Source: Octopus bimaculoides
Taxonomy: Eukaryota
Direction: 5' to 3'
DNA: 49,236 nucleotides
NCBI RefSeq assembly: GCF_001194135.2
Contig: NC_068984.1
Location: 21,722,795-21,772,030, forward strand
The number at the start of each line of letters is the position of its first letter. The first letter of the stretch is position 1. Under the pieces are notes generated by a model that had not been told where the DNA came from, made no database searches, and saw only the letters and a program-made list of their open reading frames with translations. Positions 37,748-49,236 of this stretch are shown here, piece after piece. Position numbers and translations under genes: made by a program.

Positions 37748-38960
37748 CAAGGTGGGGCATTAAGATTTCCCACATTTGGAGTGGGCACTATGCGGGCTGT
37801 AGTGGCAGTAGAGAAGCATGGCAGGTCTCATTCAGCAGGGTAGGATCTACTATTTTTATTTTCTTCATAAATTATTATAACAATTTCTCATTATGAACAT
37901 AACTGATCTGCAACGAGCGTTCCGTAAACGCTTTTCGCTCGGTCCAAATGCATCTCTACCAGATCGGAAAAAGATTTTGCTCTGAATTTTTAATCTTCAA
38001 GCGACAGGATCCACCCTGAGAAAAACAAAATTACCTGACAGACCTAGGACAGTTAGAACTCCAGAAAATACGACAGCAGTAAGAGCATTCATTAAGTAAT
38101 CACCAAAGCGTTCCGTTTGTAAGCATAACACTTGGGATATCAAAAAGGATCCTGCATGCTGATTTGAAACAGCATCCTTACAAAATGTTATTGGTTCAAG
38201 AATTAATTGAGACAGATCATAACCGCAGAGCCGTATGTGCGAATATTCTTGGACAAGTTCCCGCTGCAGCTGTTCTGAGTACCGATGAAGGTTCACTTCC
38301 ACATCAATGGAACCGTAAACAAGCAGAATTTTTGCTACTGGGTCGAACATAATCTTCATGAACTCCATCAACGACTTCTTCACTCTCTTCGTGCAACTGT
38401 TTGGTATGCAGTTGCCGACTTTGGTGCGATCGGCCCGTATTTTTTGAAGAAAGTGGTGCAACAGTAATTGTTACCTCCGGCCAGTACGTTGATATGCTGA
38501 TATTCTGCACTCCAAACTGGACGATTTGGATACAGAATATATGTGGTTGGAACTGGACGAGGCCACAGCTCACACAGCACGACGTTCGCTCGGAGTGTTG
38601 AGATAAATGTTTCCTGGAAGTTTGATCTCTTTAAGGGGAGACGTAGGCTGGCCGCAAGGTCACTAGTTTTAAGCCCTTGTTTGGGGATACCTAAAAGACA
38701 AAGTTTTCTGACATTGTCCTCGAATTCTTGAGGATTTGAAGGAAAGGATCAGAGAGGAAATCAATGCAATTCCACCTGAGATGACAAGGAGAATCATGAA
38801 GAACTTCTGGCAACGACTGCCATTTATCTGATATAATTTTTAAAACCTATTAAAACAAAACTACTTTTTATGTACTTTTTTAGAAATATTAATTTTTTTC
38901 TAGATAGTATTTTTTTTCTATATCCATTCAAAATGTGGGAGATTCTTATGTCCCATCCTG
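37748..38960 (+). mobile_element. Decayed Tc1/mariner-superfamily DD41D (rosa/Visitor-like) transposon, TIR-complete
   Basis: TA|CAAGGTGGGGCATTAAGATTTCCCACATTT ... AAATGTGGGAGATTCTTATGTCCCATCCTG|TA. Fragments QRAFRKRFSLGPNASLPDRK, RPRTVRTPEN, HFHINGTVNKQNFCYW...LHQRLLHSLRATVW, GPYFFEESGATV, W..LDEATAHTARRSLGVLR*MFPGSLISLRGDVGWP, WGYLKDKV. Confidence 0.9.
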
Positions 38961-38989
38961 TATAATATGTATGCATATATGTATGCATG

Positions 38990-39235
38990 CATGCACGCAT
39001 ATATGTATGTATTGTGTATGTATGTATATGTGTATGTACGTATGTATGTGTTTGTCCTCACACCGCTTATTAACTATGATATTTTGTTCACGGCCCGAAA
39101 ACGTTGATAGAATAGGTTCCAGACATTATAAACAAATATATGTACTGGGGATGATTTGTTTGACTAAACCCTTCAAGGCAGTGCCCCAGCATGGCCGCCG
39201 ACCAATGAGTGAAGCTTGTAAAATAGAAACGATAA
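38990..39235 (+). mobile_element. Degenerate SINE family A 3' part
   Basis: TG/TA tract, gtttgtcc, gatagaatagg, tactggggatgatttgtttgactaa, gtgccccagcatggcc. Confidence 0.7.
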
Positions 39236-39313
39236 GCACTGTTAGTTATGGAACTGCAGTGGAGGGATACTCAGGAATACTTTTATTTTATGATGCAAGC
39301 TATTGTGTAATAT

Positions 39314-39510
39314 AAGGTAGCGAGATGGCCGAATCGTTTGCACGTCGGACAAAATGCTTAACGATATTTCTTCCAGTTCTTTACGTCATGAGTTCAAATA
39401 CCGCTGAGATCAACAATACCTTTCATTCCTTCGGGGTGGAGTCGATAAAATAAAATACCAGTGAATTACCAGTGTCCGCATAATCCACTTGTCTCTTTCC
39501 CTTAAACCTG
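39314..39510 (+). mobile_element. SINE family B copy with intact head
   Basis: taaggtagcgagatggccgaatcgtt (A-box-like), gagttcaaatacc (B-box), ctttcattccttcgggg..gtcgataaaataaaataccag. Confidence 0.8.
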
Positions 39511-40639
39511 ATGACTGACAACCCTATTACAGACAGGAGTCTGATTGAGTGTGACGATTGTGTTCTCTATCATATTTATTTATACGCCATGAAAACCGGG
39601 TAACCAGCCTTATGAGTCTGAGAGATATGGAAAAAAAAATGTATAATATCTATGGAAGCCATGGGCAAATGTCAGGGATCAAGAGTGGACGATTTCATCA
39701 GAAGTTGCTGATCTTTGGTACAGACAATATGTTCTTTATACAAATCTATATCCTCGTCGTTGTACTTCGTTCAAGAATTCCATATAAAGACAGCAATTCA
39801 GTGTCGATATAAACGGTGATATTTACTCTTCATCTTTGATTTCTCGATTTCTATCTTATATTCATTGTTCATGATCTGCTTTACAATTTTTAAAAAAAAA
39901 TTTCTTTTATATTCTATAATTCTTTTCATTCGTTCTTTCTGTCGTACTTCCTTTCACTCATGTTTACTTTCTCTTCTTCAGTTTCTTCTCTCATTTCTCA
40001 TTACATATTGCCATTTCTATTTCATGTTATTGATCAAAACTCTATGACATTTTTTCTTCATAGAAATAATACAGTGAACTTTCATATAACAACACCAAAA
40101 CCAATAGAGATTTCAAGACTGAAGAAGAACAACAACAGCTCTATAATTATATTCGTTTTTTTTTTCAAAATTCTATTCAAGTGGTAAGACACGTACACAC
40201 ACATACACACATACATTAATGAAACATTTCTCTTTCATTTAAACAATTTTATTGTACATTTATATACCTACAGATAAATGTACACACACATACGTATGAC
40301 GTGATGCGCACCTTTATTTCATCTGTTACGTATGCTTCAGTATTCAGTAACGTATGATGTCACACTGTAGGTGCAATCAGTAGCTGCACCTCACGATGCA
40401 AGAATGATAAGCAAACACATTGTGAGACAGTTGAAAAAGAACTACAAGTTACAAACAAGCAGTGACTAAATTTAAATATCCGATAGGTACCAGGCCAGAG
40501 GGGGAAGAGGAGGAGGTAGGTTGAGATATCGCCCCCGCCCCATATGCTCACAAATATGTACATACATACGTAGCTACATACACATACATTTATGAATATA
40601 TCCCTACTGGTTTCCTTTTATTCAACTGAACTAATGGAT

Positions 40640-40960
40640 AAAGACGCGTGGTTTAGCGATTAGGAGTATTCGTCTCTCTATCGTAAAGTCATGAGTTCGT
40701 TTCCCGGCGGTGCGTTGTGCGTTTGAGTACATGACTTTATTTTATGTTAATCCAGTCCACACAGCTGGCAAAAAATGGGTCGTACCTAGACTTCAAAGGG
40801 CCAGCCTTGTCATTCCATGTCACGCTGAATCTCCCAGAGAACTACGTTTAATGCTCACATGTCTGTGAAGTACTTAGCCACTTGCACGTAAATTTTCAAG
40901 AGCAGGCTGTTCCGTTCATTGGACCAACTGGAATACTCGTCATCGTAACCGAGGGAGAGC
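40640..40960 (+). mobile_element. SINE family C head/CORE-like block with an alternative tail
   Basis: gacgcgtggtttagcgattagg, gagttcgtttcc, ccagtccacacagctggcaaaaaatgg; tail shared with 22880-22975 and 18970-19030 (minus). Confidence 0.7.
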
Positions 40961-41375
40961 CAGCTAATGGCTTGTAATGTAAGTGATCGAGTTCTTCACA
41001 AATACATGAACCCTAAACATAAACTTCAGGAAAAAATCAGGCTAAAAAAATGTGTTACAAAATTTGCAACATATTAGTGCATTCCGTAGTTTCTATTTAT
41101 CGAGTTTCATTCACAAGGATTGGCTCGACAATGGCTATGAGAAAATGACACATTCCCAAGCTTCCCTATAATGGTATCGAACCAGAAACCGAATCACAAA
41201 GAAGAAAACAATTAACCACTGGGACATTGTAGCATTCATATACACGTGCATATATTTATAGACATACGCATTTCCATACATGCACATAAACATCCATACA
41301 TACATAACTAAGCATACATACATACATACAGGCACACGTATGTTTACAGTCGATGATAAATTCATAAATACTTAA

Positions 41376-41411
<36 letters not shown>

Positions 41412-41737
41412 NNNNNNNNNNNNNNNNNNNNNNNNNNNNNNNNATATATATATATATATATATATATACATACATACACATGCATAGATGTTTAGTGTTA
41501 AATAATGAATAGTTTTCAGTCAGCCAAAGATGATAGAAGCAGATAATTGTTGAATTGTCAGCAATAAATTAATTTTTTAAAAACGTCATTATCTTAAGGT
41601 TAATATATGTTTGTGTGCATGAATGTAAACACAAATATATGAAAGTGTACACAGATACATATATATTTGTTATTTACACCACCTGTCCTCGTCTGTTGTT
41701 ATTATTTGTATATTCTCCCATATATGTACGTATACAT

Positions 41738-41794
<57 letters not shown>

Positions 41795-41916
41795 TATGTG
41801 TGTGTAAAAATATATATGTATGTGTTTATGTGTCCGTGTATATATATACATATATCTTTACACATCCACACATACACGCACACATCCACTCACTTACACA
41901 CACACACACGCACACA

Positions 41917-42020
<104 letters not shown>

Positions 42021-42308
42021 CGTCTTTTCAGTGCTGCTATTTTGTTGAAATTACCCACTTATCTTATTATACATTTAGTTTAGCATGATATTGCGAAAAA
42101 TATGTCTTACAGTATATATGTCTAATTCGCTTCGTGAGTGCTTTAAATAAGATTACGTTGAATTAAGACAATTCGAATTTATTCTGATAAAAGCCTGGGC
42201 ACAATTATAGCAGTGTAGTTACTACTAAAGCATAGAAGATTTGTGAAAATTTCTGCGATGTTAGCCTCGAGCCCATCAACATAGTGTGAGCAGAATTTAG
42301 TATACACA

Positions 42309-42339
<31 letters not shown>

Positions 42340-43899
42340 TAATATATCTGTAATGTTTTAGAAAATGGGAGATTTTCGCGCAACTCGAGTTTCACGCATC
42401 TGCGAGCTTCAGGCGAGAACTCAGTGGTGATAGCAGCAGCATGAAACTCGTGTATACAGACACGCGGTCAATTACCTTTTCAATGAAAACAAAGCAACTT
42501 ATCCTCTACAACATGCAATAAGCATTCTTCTCGAGTTCGTCCGATATAAACTAACGTACACCCCAACAGACGCATACACATACATGCACACATAAATATG
42601 TAAGTGTATGTATGTGTATGTATGTGTATGATATCGCAGTCGTGTCAGCAGGTCATCAGCTGACAAGTTGATAAATAGAACTTTTTATCCACTGGACGGT
42701 ACCAAAAGGGTAGAAACAAATTCTTGGAGTAAGCTGTATCAACACTAAATCTGACGAGTATTTTGCTTCTGCGTATTGAATTGAGTGGGATGTGAGACCG
42801 CTGATCTCATTTTGACCCCGACCAGCAGCATAAAATGGTAGCCCACAACAATACTTCTCTCACACTATGAATCACCCAATTCACTCATACACTATGTATA
42901 TTTGTGTGTGTGTGTGTGTGCATGTGTGTGGGTGCGTGTACGCACAAAATAATTCAAACAAATGTTTATCTACTTGATTAAATTTACATTCTTTCCAGCC
43001 ACCATTTAAATAATTAGATGATTTAATATGCAGCTTTAAAAATACAATCACACACATGCATATACACACATAAACATATGCACATACACATATTCTCATA
43101 CACACATGCACACACACACACAAGCACCCAAGCCATAGATGAACGCTTAAGTATGTTTTTGTGTGCGTGTGAGTTTGTGTAGTGATTATTAATTATCATA
43201 TCTGAGCAGAAACTTTAAATTACTTGTATATTAATTTAATTAGGATATTTTTGTATTTTATGATGCTTCACATTAGTTTTACTCCGGAGTTAAGAATATG
43301 AATCCACTACATTGAAAGATTTATTGCACAAACTTTATTGCTTTATACTTTTAATATACATACAGACAATTGCTGTCAGTCGATCGTTCTTATCACAAAT
43401 TCCATTGGTGATTATTTTGATTTACGATTCATATTTAATTGGCAAAGTAAATATAAAATACTTCTGTAGATTTATCATATAAGCTGTTGGGGTTATATCT
43501 TCACTGTAATAAAACAATGTTGGTGTTTTGTTATTATTTAGCCCATGGTCAACGTTGATCGAGCAGGTCTATGATTAAAACGTTCTATTTGTAACGGTTG
43601 AATCTATTTGTACTTCAGATTACAATGACGAATATAACTTTCTTTGCTTAAGAAAGTAGAATATGATGTGAAGGAGATTTGGTTGCTATTTCTATAGATT
43701 TTGTTAAGTGGTAAGTCTGAGGGTAGGCTAATACTCGTCCATAAATCATCTCTGCTATTTATTTTATCTACCTCTAAGATAATATTTTCATATCATCTGC
43801 AAAGGGTCTGAAAAATTAGGTGGGGAAAGTATTCGATTGCATTGACACCCAGTACGTGATGGTGCTGATTTTATCAACTTTAAAAAAACTTTGTATAAT

Positions 43900-44118
43900 T
43901 GCTTTCAAATTTTGACACAAGGCCAGCAATTTCAAGATGGGGAGTAAATCAATTACATTGATCCCCGTTGGTCAGCTGGTACTTATGCTACGATCGCGAA
44001 AGGATGAAAGGCAAAGTCAACCTGGGCGGAATTTGAACTCAGAGCATAAGGATGGACGAAATGCCATTAGGCATTTTGCTTGATATGCTAACGATTCAGC
44101 AAGGTGGCCGCCTTCATC
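43900..44118 (-). mobile_element. SINE family B copy
   Basis: gaaaggatgaaaggcaaagtcaacctgggcggaatttgaactcagag...gctaacgattc...gccgcctt. Confidence 0.82.
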
Positions 44119-44284
44119 TACCTTTAGAATAATAATAGGGAAACATTGACCTAGGCGGGAATCAGAGTCACAACGTGAACATAGGTAAGTACTGCTGGAC
44201 CTATACTGCCAAACCCCCTCCCTTTTATTCTACAACTTTAGACTTCAAAAATGAAGTCGATTAAATAATCCCAGGTTAACTTGC

Positions 44285-44520
44285 CACTCTAGCCGAAGTG
44301 ATTAGGGGTGTTGCATTCATGATTGTGAGATTGCAGTTTCGATTCTAAGAGCGAACGATGAGTTGAGTTCTTAAGCAAACAACTTCGTTTCACGTTGCTC
44401 CAGTTCACTCAGCTATCAAAAGTAAGTATTCCTGCAACAGACTGGCGTCCCGCTGGAGGTGGATTACATATGCCACAAAATCTGGGAAACCCTCCCATTG
44501 AATGTGTATGATTCGGAAAA
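44285..44520 (+). mobile_element. SINE family C copy
   Basis: gtttcgattc B-box, gttcttaagcaaacaacttcgtttcacgttgctccagttcactcagct, cctgcaacagactggcgtccc. Confidence 0.7.
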
Positions 44521-44547
44521 GAGCATTGATTTGTCTCTTTTGGTCGT

Positions 44548-44855
44548 AAGCCAGTGAAGGGAGCTTCTACGTTGCCTCTGAGATGTTTAGAATCAAGCCG
44601 TCAAATATCCCTTAAATCATACCCCACTGCCTTAAAGAGTGATACATTAAATAATGTAGTCCATGGTAGGGACAAAAGACAGAGGTCATGGCTTGAATAT
44701 CTTGAACGAATGTGGTCTCAGATATTGTATCTGAAAGAAATAAATGGAATAGCGAACACTGAAGTGGGGCTAAAACAGATGAGACGGTGAGTACTGAGAT
44801 GCTTTGGTCGTAGTTCTGCTCGATCTGTACTGACCTGGGGTTAAACAACAACAAT
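44548..44855 (+). mobile_element. Family D unit
   Basis: aagccagtgaagggagcttctacg...aaatatcccttaaatcataccccactg...ggtcatggcttgaa...ctgctcgatctgtactgacctggggttaaacaacaac. Confidence 0.7.
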
Positions 44856-46373
44856 CACCTCTATTTTTCTGTTGATGTGGCATCATTTTTATCAGCAGAT
44901 GATCTTCATTAAAGTTTGGACTGATGTGTTAAGACGGGACAGAACCAATACAATTTATAAAGAAAGAGGTTTAGTCATTCTAGTTTTTCCAAGAATTGAA
45001 CACTTTCTTTATCTTAATCTTCCCTACCATCTGTGCAGTTGATATATACTCTTCTCAGTTGATAAACCCTACTCCAAAACATTAAACCTTATTCTCTTCT
45101 TTAAGGCACGCGAAATAATTCCATTATTTAACTTTGGCTTGGCCAGAATCGGAACAAGACCTATAGTTGAAGGTGAATTAACGTTTGAATAAATCCAAGT
45201 ATATCTATGCGATTAGATATTAGAAGTATAAATGGTAGAGTCTAGTGCTTAAACATGTTTGAACTTAACCAAGAAAGCTGTAATTAAATATGAAGACTAC
45301 AGTCCGGTCAATCGAAGTTCTCAAACTTGTAGTTCTTTACATACTTAACAGTGATTTCCACGATATGATCGGAGCCTGCAATTTACAGGATAGGCACAGT
45401 CGATTAAATCGACCCAGTTACTCAACTGGTATCTATTCTAGCGACATAACTAAAAGCTGCGGGGTATTTTGAACGGCACGTTTCCGATTCTTCCAGTCCA
45501 GTCCCCTCTATTCATACTCAGTATTATTAAGATCGTGTACCAAATGTAGAAATCGTTATGATTTCTGCATTATGATACCCACCGTTAGTAATTGGTTATA
45601 TTTTCTCTTAGCTTAATGACTAACTTTCTTTGTATGTAATATTCTCCATGAAAGCTAAGTAACCATCAGCAGAACCTTGGATCAACAGCAGCTTTCGTCT
45701 TCATGTTGCGTGCTGTATGAAAGTGAGTCCGACAGAAACCATCCTACTCTAAATTAGAAGAAACATACTTAACTACAACAGTCTATTTTGTATAGGTAAA
45801 CGTACTTAGAATTAAGTTATTTTCATTGAAATATTAATGTCTTGAAAGCCAGTGGTGGATGAATAACTAGATCACAATATTTCGATTTACCTTAGACTCT
45901 CCTTAGTGACATACTAAACTCATTAGTGAATATGCACCTGTATGTAGTATGTAGTGTGATTTAAAGATTCATAACAGCCTCGATTTACTTGGTCTTATCA
46001 CATTTCTATGATGCTTAAACAACACCATAATTTATTGATCTGAATATTTTTCAGTGACATGTTGCATATGACAGTCGTAGGTGGGGTGACATTCGATCAA
46101 TATTGTACGTGCTATCTGAACATGCTTGTTGCATTTGCATTCCAAATTCGACAGTGTGCACGGAGAAATCACACTATCACCGCAGTTTTAATCTATTTTG
46201 TGTACGTAAAAATAATTGAACCTTAATTTGTTTTGCTTTAACATTCAAGTTAATGAGGAGCCGAGATGAGCAACTGATTACCACTTTTTCGATTCGTAGA
46301 AGAATCTCCTTGGGGACGTATGACCTCAATACCAAATACACACGCTAGAACAGGATAGAGTTCAATTCACATT

Positions 46374-46421
<48 letters not shown>

Positions 46422-46718
46422 CTTGCGAATGCATATACACACACTCACAAATATGTAGGTATTTTTGTATGTGCGCGTGTATATATATATGTGCGTGTGT
46501 GTTTGTTTATGAATACATATATGAATACACATTACATATATATATATATATGTGTGTGTGTGTGTTTAGAAATGAATATGTATGTAAACACTCACACACA
46601 CATATATATATGCATACAGATATATATGTATATCTCACTTTCCATCTATCTACCTCTATACGAATATGTATTTGTATAATTATGTATGAATATATACATA
46701 TATATATATATACATACA

Positions 46719-47621
46719 CGAGGTGGTATCAAAAAGTTCCAAGACTAGTTCTGTAGCGCACCAACAGATGGCAGCACACAGTTGCGTGCTTAGTGAGAGC
46801 TAGCAGTGATCTTCATGAGACAGTGTGCTGAGTGACATCGCTGTGTTTATTTCTTAAGTTGTGAAATTTGTGTTTTTGCGATCACTTGTATGCTGTAGTC
46901 TGCGATTTTGTCATGGACAGGAATAAAAAGCCAACGTAAAATTTTGAGTTAAACTTGAGAAGTCTGCTACGGAGATATTGAGCATGCTTCAGCAATGGGT
47001 CATACGCAATGTTTCGAGTAGTACGGCGCTTGAAAAGAGGAAGAACATCCTTGGAAGACGATGAGCTATCTGGAAGACTTACCACGAGCGTCACCCTCAG
47101 AGATGTGGTATTGTGAATCGAAAATTCGCCCCCTACCAGGGCCAGACTGTCAATCGATAGTTCTTCTGTGACGTTTTAAAGAGTTTGAGGGACAACATTC
47201 GGTGAAAGTGACCAGATCTGTGGAGTACGAAGGATCAGATTCTTCACGACGACAATGCACTCTGTACCCGAGCTCTCCTCACTCGAGTGCCTCTCTCCAA
47301 AAGCAACATTGTATCACTTTCGCACCTACCCTATTCGCCAAATTTAGCTCCTGCGGACTTCCATCCCTTCCCCAAGATGAAAATGCAGCTGAAGGTCACC
47401 GTTTTAACACCGTTGTCGAGATCCACAGCGAATCGCAGATAGCCATTGACTCGCTTACGGAAAACGACTTCCAGGCCGGATTCCAAAAGTGGCAGGAACG
47501 CTGGGAACGGTGTATGACTCTGCAAGGTGATTATATCGTAAGAGATAATGTTAAAAACATAGGTAAATAAGTTATTTTTCATTAAACATAACTAGTTCTG
47601 GAGCCTTTTGATACTATCTCG
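46719..47621 (+). mobile_element. Decayed mariner (DD34D) transposon with both TIRs, internally deleted, 903 bp
   Basis: CGAGGTGGTATCAAAAAGTTCCAAGACTAGTT ... AACTAGTTCTGGAGCCTTTTGATACTATCTCG|TA. HDDNA...YSPNLAPAD has 34 residues between catalytic Asps; C-terminus FQAGFQKWQERWERC. Same family as 29429-30207. Confidence 0.95.
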
Positions 47622-47843
47622 TATATGTTTATATATGGAATGAAATCTATATGTTCAAAAAGCATATAAATTGTCTCGTGATAAGATGAAATAATTTCCG
47701 GCAGCTTGTTTACTAATGATAAAACGGACAAGTGTTATTTATTCCTCATCGGGGTTATCACACCTCTCCGTTTCTAACTACCGAAATATGCTTAGGAAAC
47801 GGAATTTATAAACAAAACCGTGAACTGTACGATAGTAATGAAT

Positions 47844-47881
<38 letters not shown>

Positions 47882-48063
47882 ATTAGGCATAAAACAAACA
47901 CACACGCACACAAGAAATACAACGATAGATAGACATAAATACAGAATTAGAGCGATAAATAAGAAAGCATGTAACTGTGTTTCTCTATAGAAATATATAT
48001 ATATACAGTTTTGTGTATATAAACGTGTGAAAAAAGCAGAAACTCTCAAGTGTTGGTACTCAC

Positions 48064-48138
48064 CTCTCCCCGAAAAACGTACGCTATTATTCCTCCAATC
48101 ATCAAGACAATCAGCATTAGAAGGAGCAACGCGAAAAA
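48064..48138 (-). CDS. Internal coding exon of a tetraspanin (TM3 to start of large extracellular loop); CD151/TSPAN11/Tsp74F-like
   Basis: Minus strand: acceptor cttttactcttttgttttacag|TTTTTC, donor GGAGAG|gtgagt. 75 nt, phase 0/0, translation FFALLLLMLIVLMIGGIIAYVFRGE. Matches the tetraspanin TM3 pattern (YF.LLL.IF......GI.AYVFR..) and the 75-nt TM3 exon typical of the family. Confidence 0.85.
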
Positions 48139-48199
48139 CTGTAAAACAAAAGAGTAAAAGCCATTACTATACGATATATTTTAGATTTCTTTGCAGAAC

Positions 48200-48830
48200 A
48201 ATTAATACACGGTAGAATGGAAAATGTCACCGTAGTGCATAGCATAGAGAAAACTTAGGCGTGATATATACTTTGATACTTTGATAAGTTTCGGCTGGTA
48301 TTCGCCCAGGTCATGTCTAACTTAATAGCACCACCTGGACTTAATAGCAATGCGGTACACTTAACACGTGTGAAAGAAAAAATCCATTGTAATATGCGAT
48401 ATAAATGGATATAAATATGCATCGGAAACTTTACAGGCTGTACCATTAGTGTATGGTATAATGAATATCATGATGTGTACGGCATTGTGAAAGCTTCTAA
48501 ATCTTCTACAGCGTACTGAAAACTTTTGGGATTATGGCTGCGGAAAATTCAGTGTAAGACATGAACCAAGGAAAACTTTCAGCCTCGTATTTGGTATAGT
48601 GGAAGCTTTAATAGATAGTATTACAGAAACTTCATTGTGGTACAGTTGATGTATGGTATAGTGGAAACAAGCATGGTACAATTAATATTTGATATAGTGG
48701 ACACGTCAAAAGTTATATGTTGCATAATAGAATCCTTAATGCCGTACAGTTAATGCATGGTATAATGGAAACTTCATTGTAGTATAATTAGTTTATAGCA
48801 CACCAGATACTTCACTGTAGTATTCTATAA
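48200..48830. repeat. Highly decayed minisatellite, unit about 38 bp (tggtatagtggaaacttcattgtggtacagttaatgta-like)
   Basis: Recurring tggtata(g/a)tggaa, aaacttca(t/c)tgt(g/a)gta and gtacagtt(g/a)atg motifs, clearest at 48590-48830. Confidence 0.65.
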
Positions 48831-49120
48831 GTAACAAAGTTCATATAAAAAGTGAAGTTTTGCATCGGTTAGTACACCGTAGAGAGAAAAGAATACTGAT
48901 GCTTCGCTAGTGAATCTTTGCTCGAGAGAGAAACGTAGTCAACTCTCTCAGGTTCAAGTTGATTTTGAAACGTTATATTTTTCCTCCCCACAACCTACGA
49001 ACTCTTCTCCATTCATGGTCTTCACTATATAATTTTTATGAACTGAAGCCACTGTCGATTCTCGAAAATCTGGCTTCATATTTCGTATAAACAGACGTTA
49101 ATATGTTCAAATGTGAAAGA

Positions 49121-49236
49121 TCTGTCTTTGTCTAGCTGTCTTTGTCTGTCTGTCTTTGTCTAGCTGTCTTTGTCTGTCTGTCTTTGTCTGTCTGTCTTTG
49201 TCTAGCTGTCTTTGTCTGTCTGTCTTTGTCTGTCTG
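49121..49236. repeat. Compound TGTC / TGTCTT / TAGC simple repeat
   Basis: Read directly. Confidence 0.95.

Noticed and set aside
42843-42850. YCCG in a roughly 65-codon open frame on the minus strand
   Set aside because: In-frame TGA just upstream, no acceptor, and no DW or PxSC motif downstream.
43280-43460. Possible inverted repeat aatatgaatc/gattcatatt
   Set aside because: Only one 10-bp AT-rich anchor; flanks do not align convincingly.

Overview
AT-rich, repeat-dense eukaryotic genomic DNA from a short-read assembly (11 N-gaps, about 2.9 kb in total, nearly all flanked by dinucleotide microsatellites). The SINE families and microsatellite load look like an Octopus genome; this is recognition, not a search result. 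None of the supplied ORFs looks like an intact gene: they are microsatellite/N artefacts or transposase fragments. The one well-supported host coding feature is absent from the ORF track: a 75-nt, phase 0/0, minus-strand exon at 48064-48138 encoding a tetraspanin TM3 segment (FFALLLLMLIVLMIGGIIAYVFRGE). No downstream CCG-motif exon was found, so the window may be largely one very large intron. Transposon content: two decayed DD34D mariner copies with complementary deletions, a TIR-complete decayed DD41D (rosa/Visitor-like) element, an R4/Dong-like non-LTR retrotransposon relic, a hAT-type MITE, a TTAA-bounded MITE, at least three tRNA-derived SINE families (some in head-to-tail arrays) and a headless (AAC)n-tailed retroposon. 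The most unusual unexplained structure is a roughly 715-bp degenerate palindrome at 2520-3235, plus a few pre-miRNA-sized hairpins. No novel multi-gene system is demonstrable from this window. Most repeat boundaries are approximate (read by eye).
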